A stretch of DNA of 64,000 bases, from assembly GCA_004764695.1 (NCBI GenBank), contig SMSO01000007.1:2239270-2303269 (forward strand), given 5' to 3'. The position numbers were made by a program, and so were the translations under genes. The notes beneath the pieces were generated by a model. It did no database searches. It saw only the letters and a list, made by a program, of their open reading frames with translations, and was not told the origin of the DNA. Positions 39,048 through 50,588 of the stretch are shown here, in pieces; the stretch's first letter is position 1; every line of letters starts with the position of its first letter. Source of the DNA: Schizochytrium sp. TIO01 (lineage: Eukaryota > Protista > Bigyra: Labyrinthulomycetes).

Positions 39048-42000
39048 TTATCCGCGGGCTCTTTTCGAGGCGCGGTCGGCATTGCTCTCCCGTGTCCTTT
39101 TGCCAGCAGGAGCTGCTGCAATGTAGCGCTTAATGTCCATCTCTGGCAAAGCGCCGAGGCCATTAAAGATGACATGGAAAGTGATGTTAGAATGATACTG
39201 CATGCCGGCCAGAAGTTTGGGTGTGATGAGGAAATACTGGCTTGTGTCAGGACTAATCGCACTATCAAAGAGCCGCTGCATTGAAATTCGTTCCTTGTCC
39301 TCATCCATACCCTGGTTGATTTCATCAACAACACGAAAGGGGACTTCTGAGACCTCATTCAGAGCGAGAAGATACATGAAGGTTGTGAGAGAGCGCTCAC
39401 CACCGGATTGAACATGAATATTGAGACGTTGTAAATCTTGTCCTTTTCGAAAACGAACTCGAATACAAACACCACATTGAAGAATGTCAGACTCTGCATC
39501 AAGTGCGTCAAGCTCAACCTTTCCAGCACACTCGTACCCTTTTTCCTGCAACAGCTTAAATGATTCTTCAAAGTTTTTGTTAACTTGAGCAATCAATCCC
39601 TTAACAGAAAAAAGCCAGTCCTTCCGAGTTGACATAAGCTCTTCTATCACAGCTTGCAGCTTGCTGTCTCGATTCTTCAGCGTTTCCTCGGCCTTCGCTA
39701 TCTCTTCTGTGAGTTCGCGATGGCGTTCAATCGCCTTTTCATCCACCTTGATTTGTTTCACTCGAAGTTCTATACTCGAAATGGAGGCGTTGAGATCCTC
39801 GATACTATCAGGGAAATCTTTGAAATCCTCATGCAGCTGTTCTTGAGTTGCTGAATATTTTTGGTTGAAGGCATCACGCATCACTGTTAGATCAGACTTC
39901 ATACGCTGGCATTCGCTTACAGCTTTGTAATACGACTCCTCGACAGATTTCTGATGCGCAATCTTGTGCTCAACATTTTGCTTGTAGCCATTGATCTTTG
40001 CATCCCTTGCGGCATTTTGCACTACCCGAAAACCATACTGAGACAGATGAGGAGAGATATTGCAGAGAGTCTCAACTAATTGACGAGATGAGGAGATCAG
40101 TGATTTGCAGTGACCCTGAAAGCTCGACATGCGATTCAGAATTACAGGCTTAGGGTCTTCCATGGACGCTTTGTTAGAAGCGTGCTCTCGGTACGACTTT
40201 TCCTTGCCACGCAATGTACGATAAGTAGCAATCAAAGCATGAATACGCATCTCTTCCTTTCTGTAGTCGTCTGCTTTAGCAGATGCCTTCATCATCGACT
40301 CCTCTGCCGTCTTCTGGCTGGCAAGAGCCTTATCATAGGAATTTTTAGTCCTTTCGAGTTTATCTCTCAAATCGATGATCCTCTTTGTGATCTGTTCTGA
40401 TGTATCAGTCTGCCCGAGATACCTTGCTGGCATCTTATTGCAGTCTAAAAACGGCCTAGCCTCTATCGTATGGTGGGAGGTATATCTGGATCCCGTAACA
40501 ATGATTATCTTTGTGGGCATGACAATCTTCCAGCCAATGAATCTCCTCACTTCTTGCTCACTAAGCTGGAAGAAGCGGTCCTCGGTCTCACGTGTTCCAA
40601 CTATCACCTTATCTACACGAGCAAGATCTACCATTGCCATTCGAACCTCTTCCGGAGCTTCGAAATAGTCGCTCAAAAAGCCTGCGGCGGCAATCTTATC
40701 CATAAGGCCTTGATCCAGAACAGAAGATTGATCATTTTTTGAGCGGACGCCATACACGGAGGCTCTGATTTTGTTTCTAAGCATAGATGCGTCTGACGAT
40801 TTTCCTTGTGGGTCATCTCCATTGTCTCCGCGACAAATCAATGTGGTCAAATGATTTTCGCTGATGATGCGCTCCAAATAACAAGCTACCTCTTTATTCT
40901 TTGGTTTAATGGAAAGGACCGGTAAGTATACGTCTGCTCTCAGATTCTGTTTCTGATCCTGTACCTGTTTCCACACAGATTCGATGCTCTGATTCTTCAT
41001 CTTCTTCAATACATGAGCATTGCTATGAAGAAGACTCTCTTCTCTACTAATTGAAGATTCGATCTCTCTCATCTCTCTCTTGTATTTTTCAACGAAATTA
41101 ACAGAGTCACGCCGCGTGCTAGAGCAACTATCGACATCACCTTGAGCTGTAATAAAGCTACGATTAGCTTGTTGCTTCGCTTGCTTGAGTTCATCAAGAT
41201 TATGGTTTTTTTCCCAATCAAGCACAGCGTAGTGCGCTTCGTTGGCCTTGAATTCTGCAGCTTGGAGCTCTTCCTGTCGCTTGTTAAACCCAGCCCACTG
41301 GTTTCGACACTCATCAATGTCCGTATCAACTGTATCGGCAAAGATTTTTTGGGCAGTGGTGATTTTTCCAGGAATGTCGACAACGCTATTGATCACATCC
41401 AGGAGTTTCTTTTTGTCTTCGATCCAGCCCTCGTCACCAAAACTCTGTATATAGGTGTCGCGTGCGCGCTTAGCCTGATCTACTTCCTGCTTCAGAGAAT
41501 GAGCACTTATTTTGAGCGGTTTCACTTGTGCCTTTTTTTGGGTATATATCTCCTTGAGGCTTTGGAACTCGGTATACTCTTTCTTCGCTGTCAGCTTTCT
41601 GCAAGTTTCTATCAATGCATCGCGCTGCTTTGCTTCGTCTAAACTCTTTTGCAAAATTTCCCGATCCGCTCTGTAATGTTTAAGGTTGTCCTCCTCGTGC
41701 TTTGATGTATTCTCTTGGTTGGCAATCGTTTCCTCCATTTTATGAATGTCATTCATTTTCGTCACGAAGGACTCCCCAAGTCCAGCGCGTATGGTCTCCT
41801 TCAGCAATTCTTTCTCGTTCAGTCGACTGAATGCGCTCACCTTGTTCTGTGGTAAGAACTGGCACATGTTGTCGATTCGAATGTTGAACTTCTTCAACCT
41901 ATCACGCACGTCTTTACTACTAAGACCTGTTTCACCATCCCATGTATATTCGGATATGTTCTTTGCTTTTGCTCCTGCATTCGCGAATATTGTGCGTGTG

Positions 42001-42347
42001 ATGATTAACGGTGCTTTGCCCGGGTTGCTCAAATGAATCTCGATAACTGCTTTCTCAGGGCGTTTCCTTCCTAAGCTCTCTTCGCGCACAAAACTTGCAA
42101 GATGTTTGGCACGCCCAAGAAGATCGGGCTCACCGCCGAGGCCCAACGCGATTGCGCACACGATTGTAGACTTACCAGAGCCATTTGGTCCAATGACGAG
42201 ATTCAAACCGGGTCCTGGAGTCAGGTCTATGTTTTCATAGCTCATGAAGTTTGTGAGTTTGATCCGTATGATTCGATGGCAAGTCAGGGCTCTGAGGGCA
42301 CTTTTTTTCTCCAATCGCGGATTCTCGGCGTCAGAGCTAGGTGCCAT
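39048..42347 (-). CDS. SMC5: SMC5-like protein, copy B (1099 aa, intronless)
   Basis: IRIKLTNFMSY, canonical Walker A GPNGSGKSTIVCAIALGLGG, NMCQFLPQNKV, hinge SRY, QSGGERS, PFRVVDEINQGMD, and SQYFLITPKLL. Confidence 0.95.
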   Translation of the reverse strand: MAPSSDAENPRLEKKSALRALTCHRIIRIKLTNFMSYENIDLTPGPGLNLVIGPNGSGKSTIVCAIALGLGGEPDLLGRAKHLASFVREESLGRKRPEKAVIEIHLSNPGKAPLIITRTIFANAGAKAKNISEYTWDGETGLSSKDVRDRLKKFNIRIDNMCQFLPQNKVSAFSRLNEKELLKETIRAGLGESFVTKMNDIHKMEETIANQENTSKHEEDNLKHYRADREILQKSLDEAKQRDALIETCRKLTAKKEYTEFQSLKEIYTQKKAQVKPLKISAHSLKQEVDQAKRARDTYIQSFGDEGWIEDKKKLLDVINSVVDIPGKITTAQKIFADTVDTDIDECRNQWAGFNKRQEELQAAEFKANEAHYAVLDWEKNHNLDELKQAKQQANRSFITAQGDVDSCSSTRRDSVNFVEKYKREMREIESSISREESLLHSNAHVLKKMKNQSIESVWKQVQDQKQNLRADVYLPVLSIKPKNKEVACYLERIISENHLTTLICRGDNGDDPQGKSSDASMLRNKIRASVYGVRSKNDQSSVLDQGLMDKIAAAGFLSDYFEAPEEVRMAMVDLARVDKVIVGTRETEDRFFQLSEQEVRRFIGWKIVMPTKIIIVTGSRYTSHHTIEARPFLDCNKMPARYLGQTDTSEQITKRIIDLRDKLERTKNSYDKALASQKTAEESMMKASAKADDYRKEEMRIHALIATYRTLRGKEKSYREHASNKASMEDPKPVILNRMSSFQGHCKSLISSSRQLVETLCNISPHLSQYGFRVVQNAARDAKINGYKQNVEHKIAHQKSVEESYYKAVSECQRMKSDLTVMRDAFNQKYSATQEQLHEDFKDFPDSIEDLNASISSIELRVKQIKVDEKAIERHRELTEEIAKAEETLKNRDSKLQAVIEELMSTRKDWLFSVKGLIAQVNKNFEESFKLLQEKGYECAGKVELDALDAESDILQCGVCIRVRFRKGQDLQRLNIHVQSGGERSLTTFMYLLALNEVSEVPFRVVDEINQGMDEDKERISMQRLFDSAISPDTSQYFLITPKLLAGMQYHSNITFHVIFNGLGALPEMDIKRYIAAAPAGKRTRESNADRASKRARG

Positions 42348-43410
42348 CTTGCTCTAATAATTCTGCGAACTGCGAAGCACTAGATTAGACTATCACTTGA
42401 CGAACAGCTAAAATGCTATCCTCGCTGATACACCGTCAGGAGAAAGCTTCCCTTTTGATTGCACCCTTCACGTTTTTACTAGGGCTGGTTTTAGTTTAAT
42501 TTACGCACCAAGTTCTGTGTCCGTGTGCGGACTATGACAATTTGATCCTGTTGATTTGCCAACTCGTGAGCTTTGAAGGTTACTTTCCTCCACTTCCGGA
42601 TAGCTGGAGAGACAACTAGAGAGATAAAAGCAGCAATTAAACAAGGTTGATTGAAAGGGTGAAATGGCGGGGAATCTCCACGCGGACGAAGAGGCCGGCA
42701 GAGAGGTAACCAGGGAGGTGGGTGTCGCAAGCGCAAACCTTAGCAGAGAGATCAATCGAACTCAGTATGAGTATACACGTTCGCTTGCTCGCTTGCCTAT
42801 GCAAGCAAGCTCGCCTGCCAGCGCACCAGTTTGTTTACGATTGGAGGTCTGTAGTTGTTGCTATCGACAATTTACCATCACAGAGGTACTATTAACACTA
42901 TGTACTATTAACAGTAAGCCTTCTATGGGGTTTGCTAGAAAGAGGTTTTCCCTTTCCCTACTTCTTTAGACCTGACTGTTATCCAATTATGATCCAATCC
43001 AGAGCGCTCTCATCATTTGTCGTGACTAGCATTGAATAATAGGTGTTACTATATGAACTAATAATAGGCAGCATCCTCTTAATAAGTCTTTTTTCATTTT
43101 TGAGAGCAACCACCTCTGCTCTGGTTTGTGCTTGGGAAAAACTTCAAAACAGATCTACTGAGCAACACATTTGGTCGGTGACAAATAGGTTTGCAAATCA
43201 GCACGCAATAATGCCCTTTTATGGCCCTATGTGCCAGCCTTTATGCAGTACTTTCGATATCATCCTTTTTTTTTTTTTTTTTTTTTTTTAAGAGTTAAAA
43301 AAAAACAGTGGTTTTTCTTTCTTTCATGAAGCTTCTTTCTCTGTAGGGGTACTACTAGAAGCGACCAGAGTTAGCACACTTGCTGTTTGAGAGCGAGATG
43401 CTAGTCGACT

Positions 43411-43696
43411 AGTTTTTTAAGAGCATTCACCCACGGGCCAGCCTTAAACTTACCTATACAAATGATACTAATAAAATCGGAAAGATGCAAGGTTCAGCAT
43501 CTAGCCCGCTCTCAAGCACTGGAGAGTACCATATATCCTTTTATTCCTCTAGAGTTGCCCAGTTTCTTTTTAGAGCATGCACTCTAGCGTCAGCCTTAAT
43601 CTTAGCCGTGCAAATAGTACAAATGAACTCGGAGAGATGCAAGTTTAAGCAACTAACCCGCTCTCAAGCACTAGAGAGTACTAGATATCCTTTTGT
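43411..43696. repeat. Degenerate tandem duplication, ~150-bp period, 2 copies
   Basis: Shared cores CAGCCTTAA, AGATGCAAG and CCCGCTCTCAAGCACT.GAGAGTAC.A.ATATCCTTTT (the last at 43505 and 43657). Confidence 0.8.
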
Positions 43697-45001
43697 TTGG
43701 GGTACGCCCATCCATGTATTATTTATGAGAGAGACAACGGTAAACTCGAAATTGCAAATGAAAGCTGGATTTAAAATTTAGGATTCATCCTCGCAGGAAG
43801 CTGGAGAGCTCGAAAATGGCGGAGATATTCCTCGTTATTTATTATGCAGCCTTGTATACTTCGCATAGCTTTGCCTTTTTATTCATATACTTCCGGGCCG
43901 TTGCTAGTTCAAAGCACCAGATTCACAGAAAGGACAGCAAGCAGTTTGTATTCATATTATTTTTTTGTCAGCAAGGCCAATCACCAAAGCAACAACGATA
44001 AGCTCTTCGTCGCAAGAGCTTTTGGTGTGGTGCTGATTGGACTTCACTCTGATCGAAGCTTAGCTCGTTTGAGAACTTGCAGCCTAGACATTTGAAGGAC
44101 TAATGATACGTGAGTCTTGCGACAAACGCCCTAGTGCCAAATGATTTAGAGCAGTTATAGAAATGTGCATGATATCAGTCGTAATATCTTTGTATCTAGG
44201 ATTCAAGATGATGAAAAGTCAAAACTAGTTTTAAGTTAACACTTGTGAACATAACCCAAGTCAAACACATTTGCAGCCTTAGGCTAAGGATACTAGGATC
44301 AAATAGAAATACTAAATCTAGTTTGGGGTTATCGACAGCAGCTGTCAGTATATAAATAATTGTGAGGATGATAATAGAAATACTAAGAGAACGCTATCAG
44401 AGAAATTATGTAGACAGAAAGAAACAGCTTGAGTGCTCAGGATGTGGAATTACAGGACATTTCCGGAGAATCTCACACTACTATGAATAGATATAGATTG
44501 ACGATGTGGTAAGTTTGGTCTTCTAAGGCATGGGATCTGCAAATTGAAGAGCAGAAGTCTGTGATAATGCAGTGCAAACATGTATAAATACGGAAAAGTA
44601 GATGGAGGAAGAGAAGAAGAGAATAATGAAAACATGGTGCCACGAGCGGAAATGTTGATGTGGATAGAACATTGATCGATCAGTGATCTCAAGACCAATG
44701 GCAGTGAGGAAAAGAGGATGAAGAGCCTCCAATAGCTTTATCCTGCTTCATAATGTGCATACGACGATACTCGATCATAATGTCTTCACAGAGACAAATG
44801 CTGAGTGAATCTTGAGACTTGATGAATGAGATTACCTTGTATCACACCATAGAGAGGTTGGAGAAAATAGGTCAACAAAGAATGAATGTAGGCAAGCTTC
44901 AGCCTAATACATATCCCTGTAGACCAGTAGATGATTACAAAGAAAGGAGGCTATTGTGGATCTCACGAATCCAGTAGGAAAAGATGAACAGAAGAAATGC
45001 T

Positions 45002-45979
45002 TTAAGAAGAGGCAGACGCGGGAATGAAGCCAACGCTTCCCGGACAACCAAACCCTAAGGCACTGCGAATGATCTTGGTATCAGAGTAAACTCGATGTGC
45101 AACTTGGTATAAAACCTGCTGACTAAACCCATCGACGAAGCTCTTCACAAGTACCGGTGTGTGGCGTCCTAGCTGCGTTGCAACCTCTCGGTCGGGTGCT
45201 TTAGCCCAGAAACTCCTCAGATGGTCCTGTGTCTCCGGGTGCGCTAGCCATTGATTGATTCCCGCAGCCATGAGCTTGGAAGCTGCTGTATGCACCTCAG
45301 GATCTTCACAGAGAGCCACTACAAACTTGCATGATGTGGACACCACACGAGCTTCAATCCAGTCTGTAAATCTCGTCGCGAGTCGTGTCGTCAGCCCAGA
45401 GATCCACATACACAAAGCCAAGCACACGACAACTACGAAGACCAGAGCAAAAAAATCCGTGCCAATATCAATCCGCAAAGTTAGCGTGTACGCGTCGGTG
45501 TCAACAGCACCTGCGCTTGCAGCGCTTGCAGGACCTCCGCTGCTCGCATCCTGATTTCCTGTACCTTTATACTCCCAAGATGCTTCATTGTAAGCTCTCA
45601 TAGTGGCTTCAGAAGAAGCAGAAGATGCAGATTTGACCAAGTTTTGCTCGCGCAAAGCGATCTCCTCAAAACCAGCATGCCCTGTGGCTGCTGCTACAAC
45701 AGATTCTACGACTGCGGCGGCTGCTACGACGCTATTCATAGCTGCAGCGGCCAGTGACGCGGGCTCGGGACATGCCTCTGCACGGCATATAGCGTCTAGG
45801 ACGAGCACATCGCTATCCTCTTTGTCAAAGTCAAAACCACCGTCTGAACGCGGAGCCGGGTTTGAAGAAGGCAGAGCGAAGGATGAAGGTGAGGGCGAAG
45901 AGAGAAGAGATGAAAGAGATGAAAGCGTTGAAAGTGACGGCACACGGGGCGAAGAGGACGTATTCGTAGCCTTCGGCAT
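45002..45979 (-). CDS. Hypothetical single-pass membrane protein, ~325 aa (paralogue of 50589..51146)
   Basis: ATG at 45979 (true start could be a later Met). Ser/Ala-rich N-terminus, hydrophobic segment FFALVFVVVVCLALCMWI, then a helical domain 32/68 identical (ungapped, hand count) to the 50.6-kb protein. Confidence 0.8.
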   Translation of the reverse strand: MPKATNTSSSPRVPSLSTLSSLSSLLSSPSPSSFALPSSNPAPRSDGGFDFDKEDSDVLVLDAICRAEACPEPASLAAAAMNSVVAAAAVVESVVAAATGHAGFEEIALREQNLVKSASSASSEATMRAYNEASWEYKGTGNQDASSGGPASAASAGAVDTDAYTLTLRIDIGTDFFALVFVVVVCLALCMWISGLTTRLATRFTDWIEARVVSTSCKFVVALCEDPEVHTAASKLMAAGINQWLAHPETQDHLRSFWAKAPDREVATQLGRHTPVLVKSFVDGFSQQVLYQVAHRVYSDTKIIRSALGFGCPGSVGFIPASASS

Positions 45980-46979
45980 GTCCAAGATGTGGAGACAGCG
46001 GCCGTAACAAATGGATCGAAGGAACAGGTATATAAATAGAGAAATATGGAGCACAGCAGCGCGGGTTGACTGGAGAGTCAAACGTCTAACGAATTAGCTG
46101 CCTGGCTGACTGACTGCAAAGGCGTCTCGCAAGGTGTTAGGAAAGGGGGGGAGGCTGGGCTTGTTGGCGGCGTGCTTGAGATCTGTCTGCCTACTTGCCT
46201 ACCTGTCTGCAGTTTGACAGTTTCTCTTGTGCTTTTCTGCAATTGCTGTCTCTCTTTGCTCTTGCTTTTGCTTCCCCTTTTTATTTCTCTTATTTCTCTC
46301 TCTTTAAAAAATAAAATAAAATATTATTATATCATTTAAATTTAAAAATATTATTATTATTATTTTAAGGACCCTCTTCAATCGTAACAATCATGCGCAG
46401 TGTCATTCAAATAAGCAAGAACATGGGAGCTTGCTTGTTTGCTGGCTGGCTATATCTCTACACTCTGAGGTAGGGCGCTACTAAGACCTGGGCGGGCGAG
46501 AAAGTCTGGACATGTCTCCTCTGGACATGTATTCTCTGCTGCCACTGCAATTTTGAAAATTCAGGCACGTTACGATCGCCATTTTTTTTTTCTTTTCTTT
46601 TCTTTTCTTCATCTTCATCTTCATCGTCATCATCATCTTCTTCTTCCTCTTATTAGATTTATTCCTGTTCGAAGCTGTCTCTTCTGCTCGCCCTATGAGT
46701 GCTCTGAGCTCTTCCTGGTTAGTTTCTTGAGCGAATTGAAGTCTGTCTGTCTGTTTGCAGCGATAAATATCGCAAGGCCACAAGGCGCGATTCTATTGTT
46801 CGACTATTGTACCTACGATGTGACTAGCTTTTGAGGGAGAAGTACTACAAAACACACTAGGTAGGCACTAGAGCGTCTTTTTGCAAGTTCTCATGACGGG
46901 CGGATATTTTTCTTTTTACGCCTGGCCCTGAATTACGTCTAGTTACGAGAAGTTAGGAGGTATATAGCACTTTTCTTTC

Positions 46980-47030
<51 letters not shown>

Positions 47031-48338
47031 TGCATTTCTGTTCGACATCTCATTATTAGTAATACCATCACTATAACTTTTTTTCATTAAAAAAAAATAA
47101 GTTTTCAATTTTAAAAGAAAAGAAGAGAAAAGAAAAGAAAAAAGTGACAGCCTATGATGCACGATTCGAATTTGCAATCGCTGTCTGTTGCTGCAGATGG
47201 GAGACCAAACAAAGGGCATTCAGGTTGGACCTTGCACAGACGAAGGCGGAGGATGTCGCTCACGCGGTCTCGCTCCAGTGGGCTTCACCGTGCGCGCCCT
47301 CAGAGTTATATCGGCTTCTCGCGCGCGTTGGGTTATGAAACTACGGAGGATCTCGAGTCCCCGTCATGACGGACTCTGCCTGCTCTGGAGACGCTCCGAT
47401 CGATGGCTTCGAGCACCATTAGACAGACAGGTACGAGGAGCGAGCAGCGTTAAGAGCGCCATGTGCGGCGACCGCCTCGTGGCCGCTGCAGCCGAGTCGA
47501 GTGAGTCAGACCGCAGCAGGATCTTTCCAAGCTCGAGCAAGTCAAGATCTTTCCGAGCTCGAGCAAGATCTCTCGGCTGGAAGCAGCGCACCAACCTTCG
47601 AGGAGGAAAGCACTTTGTGCAGTGCAGAATGGTCGTGGCGACTAGGCTCCTCGGGATCTTGCAGAGTGCAGAGCCCAACCTGCGTCGGTATACCTAATCA
47701 CGCCAGGACCTAGGTATCTAGGGAGGAGCCCTCAAGCTTCACGGATAGCTTGTTAGAGGATGCGCCGCGATCCTTGCAGTAGCAAAGACGAGAGGCCTCT
47801 CTGCACGCTCCAAGCTGCTCCAAGCTGAGTCAAGTTGATTCAATTTGGTGCAACCTGGTACGAAAAGAGCTGTAGGTACTTTACAAGTGAGTCTTGTTCT
47901 ATCTATCTATAGAGAGAGAGAGGGAGATTCTGCTTAAACTTTTTAATTATAAAATAATAATAATAAAATAAAAAAGGAAATTCAAGTTCAAGTTCCTTGT
48001 CTTTCAAATTCCAAAACAGAGCTGAGCACTGATATGATGTTTATGTCAATTCACGATGCTCCGCGTTTGATTCCTAGCAAAACATACCAAAAGGACATCT
48101 TAGATGCATCCATGACAGTGCATATATGAAGAAAAGGCATCATCCCGAAGAGGAATCAGTCGAAAGAAGACTTGCCACGCGCACTTGTACTCCTCTCCTG
48201 GAGACTGTTTTCTGAAATGTTTGACACTGCGCTGGAGGTTCGTCCAGGCCAGCACTTGGTCGGGAACCGAGGAACACAAATCACGAAGGAAGCATCTCGG
48301 GTGTCCACTCCTCCCTCCTCTGCAACTCACTCACTTAT

Positions 48339-48374
<36 letters not shown>

Positions 48375-48561
48375 TCTCTCAATCAATCTCTCTTTGGTCT
48401 GTCATTCGCTCACTCACTCATTGAGGGATCGTTTGGCTCGAGAGAGTACCCAAGGAAAACATTCAACTCGTACCACTGGATAACTAACTCCTAGCGAGAG
48501 TGCCATTCCGAGGTGACTTTCCGCTGCAGTACTTCGCAGCAGAAAGACCCCGTAGACAGAC

Positions 48562-48656
48562 AGGCAGGCTGGCAGATAGGCAGGCTGGCAGATAGGCAGG
48601 CTGGCAGATAGGCAGGCTGGCAGATAGGCAGGCTGGCAGATAGGCAGGCAGGCTGG
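48562..48656. repeat. 16-bp minisatellite (AGGCAGGCTGGCAGAT) x5 plus partial copy
   Basis: Five perfect tandem copies. Confidence 0.93.
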
Positions 48657-50588
48657 GGCTTCGAGCAGCCGATGACTGAAGGAGCTCCTCGCTTCGAGAA
48701 CGCCTCCCAAGGGTTGAAGTTTCGAAGAAAGAATCGATGACTTGTAAAAACTGGACTCCCTCTCCCTAGCAGGGACTTCAGAGTGCCAGGACTGAGGTAG
48801 CACCCCCTAGAGTTCTGTCTAGCAGAAGGGACTCAGTGGAAGGCCCGTTGTTGCCTACCTACTAACTCTGGCTTCTCTGCTCCAAACAGAACTCAGCGCG
48901 ACCCTCTGCTGCAGAGCGTCCGAGCTAGCCGAACAAGAGACGAGCTCCCGGAGCTGCACCTTCGCCACTGAGAGAAGAGGGCGACTTGGGCGAATGTGAT
49001 CAAGAGCTCACTGACAAGTCTTCGTGATGGCTTTCACAATCGCGGCATGTGAAAACGTCAGCAAATGATATGTAAATGATACACTATAATTATTTATTAG
49101 GTCTTTGTTAAGAAGTGGAGGTTAATAAATGGCATGGCCAAGGAACCACCAAGCTCCGTCTCAGCCATCTACAAAGGCATCGGTAAAGTAGTTGACTTCA
49201 AAAGGCCGGGCTTGCGCGCCCTGCTGGACTACCGGGACTCACCGAAAGCTTGCACTTTGGGTCTGTGAGAGCTACGGTGTTATCCCTCTGCCTAAATTTG
49301 AAACATCAGCAAGATAGTGAGGCGAATTAAAAGCAAGACAGCTTATGCCGTTGGTTTCCGCCAATCGATCATTTGCAAAGCCGAAATTGCCCCCTGCCAG
49401 TGGTATAAAGTGTCATTTGCAGAGAGGGCTGCACTTCAAAATAACCCAATAAATGTGGTATCATCCACGACAATCTCGGAGCACCCAAGGTTTACGAATG
49501 CAAATATGTAGCTGATCGTGATATCCACGCAGTCAGAGGCATCCTTTTGCACTACCTGTCCATCCAAGGACACGATTAAGAATTATCTTTGAGTCGCGGG
49601 TTAGTTAACAACCCGCGGTTGGGTCTTAGCCTCCACTTTGATACCATACGAGATACAAGTTTTGCAAATGTTATAGGTTAATCTTTATGCAAGTCGTTCG
49701 TATGGGGTACTAGTACCTAGGTTGTACAATATGGGCTCTTTCTTGCTATTGAAGGTGCTTTCTCTTGAAATTCCAGCTTGGTCGAATCAAATGGTGGAGG
49801 TGGATGATGACGACTCTTTGCTCATATCCTGAACCGAAAAGAGCTGTTAATCGTTTTGCGATTGCAATCTGATCTATCCGCTCATCTCCTATTGGTGGGC
49901 TAAATATAAATAATCTCTGATTAGCTTGATGACGAGCTCCTTAAGTAAGAGCAGTAGGTTAGTAGGTGGTACAACAAAAAGGAGGAGGTTCTACGTAGGA
50001 AGGTAAATACTACGTAGGTAGGTAGGTAGGTAGGTACGTACGTACGTACCTGTCTGTTTGTTTGTTTGCTTGCTCGTCAGCGCATAAATTCCTTGATGAC
50101 AAAGAAGTAGTAAACAATTAATCAACTAATCCCGTCTCAAAGAGGGCAAGGAGGAGGAGCCGAAGGTGCAGGGCTTACTTGCCAGGGAGAAGCGATAGAC
50201 TACTAGGGTGCACGATCAAACGTCTTGGTAGGAGCAAAAACCAGAGTATACTAGTTGAGGCTAGAACGAATTTGAGGAGAACGGTGCTACAAGATCGGGT
50301 CAGATCTTGAAGGAGGTGCATCCGTTTGACACGTACTACTTGCTGCACTCGCAATATTACTGCGAGGCGCAGTCTACCCTGGCCATCAGCTCAAAAACCC
50401 TGTTGAAGGACCGTATCAAGGAAGCCTGGTGTACTCCTTCATCCATTCGACAGGAAGAGTAGTTCTTCACAGAACTCTGGACGAACGTCAGACTTGCAAT
50501 CCCGCAACCAAGATTGTATATTCTTTTCCAGTACGTAGACTCGATTGAGCTCATCCCTAGGCCGATAAGAACATCACAAAACCGCAAA

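Noticed and set aside
33979-42347. Reading the pair as an ordinary SMC5 + SMC6 locus, or as an assembly duplication
   Set aside because: Both carry SMC5-type QSGGERS, DEINQGMD and SQYFLITPKLL rather than SMC6-type LSGGERS and LDEFDVFMD, and they are far too diverged to be a mis-assembled haplotype.
47144-47713. GC-rich cluster of overlapping short ORFs with a ~22-bp direct repeat
   Set aside because: No consistent frame or recognisable domain. More likely non-coding or regulatory DNA between the divergent paralogues.
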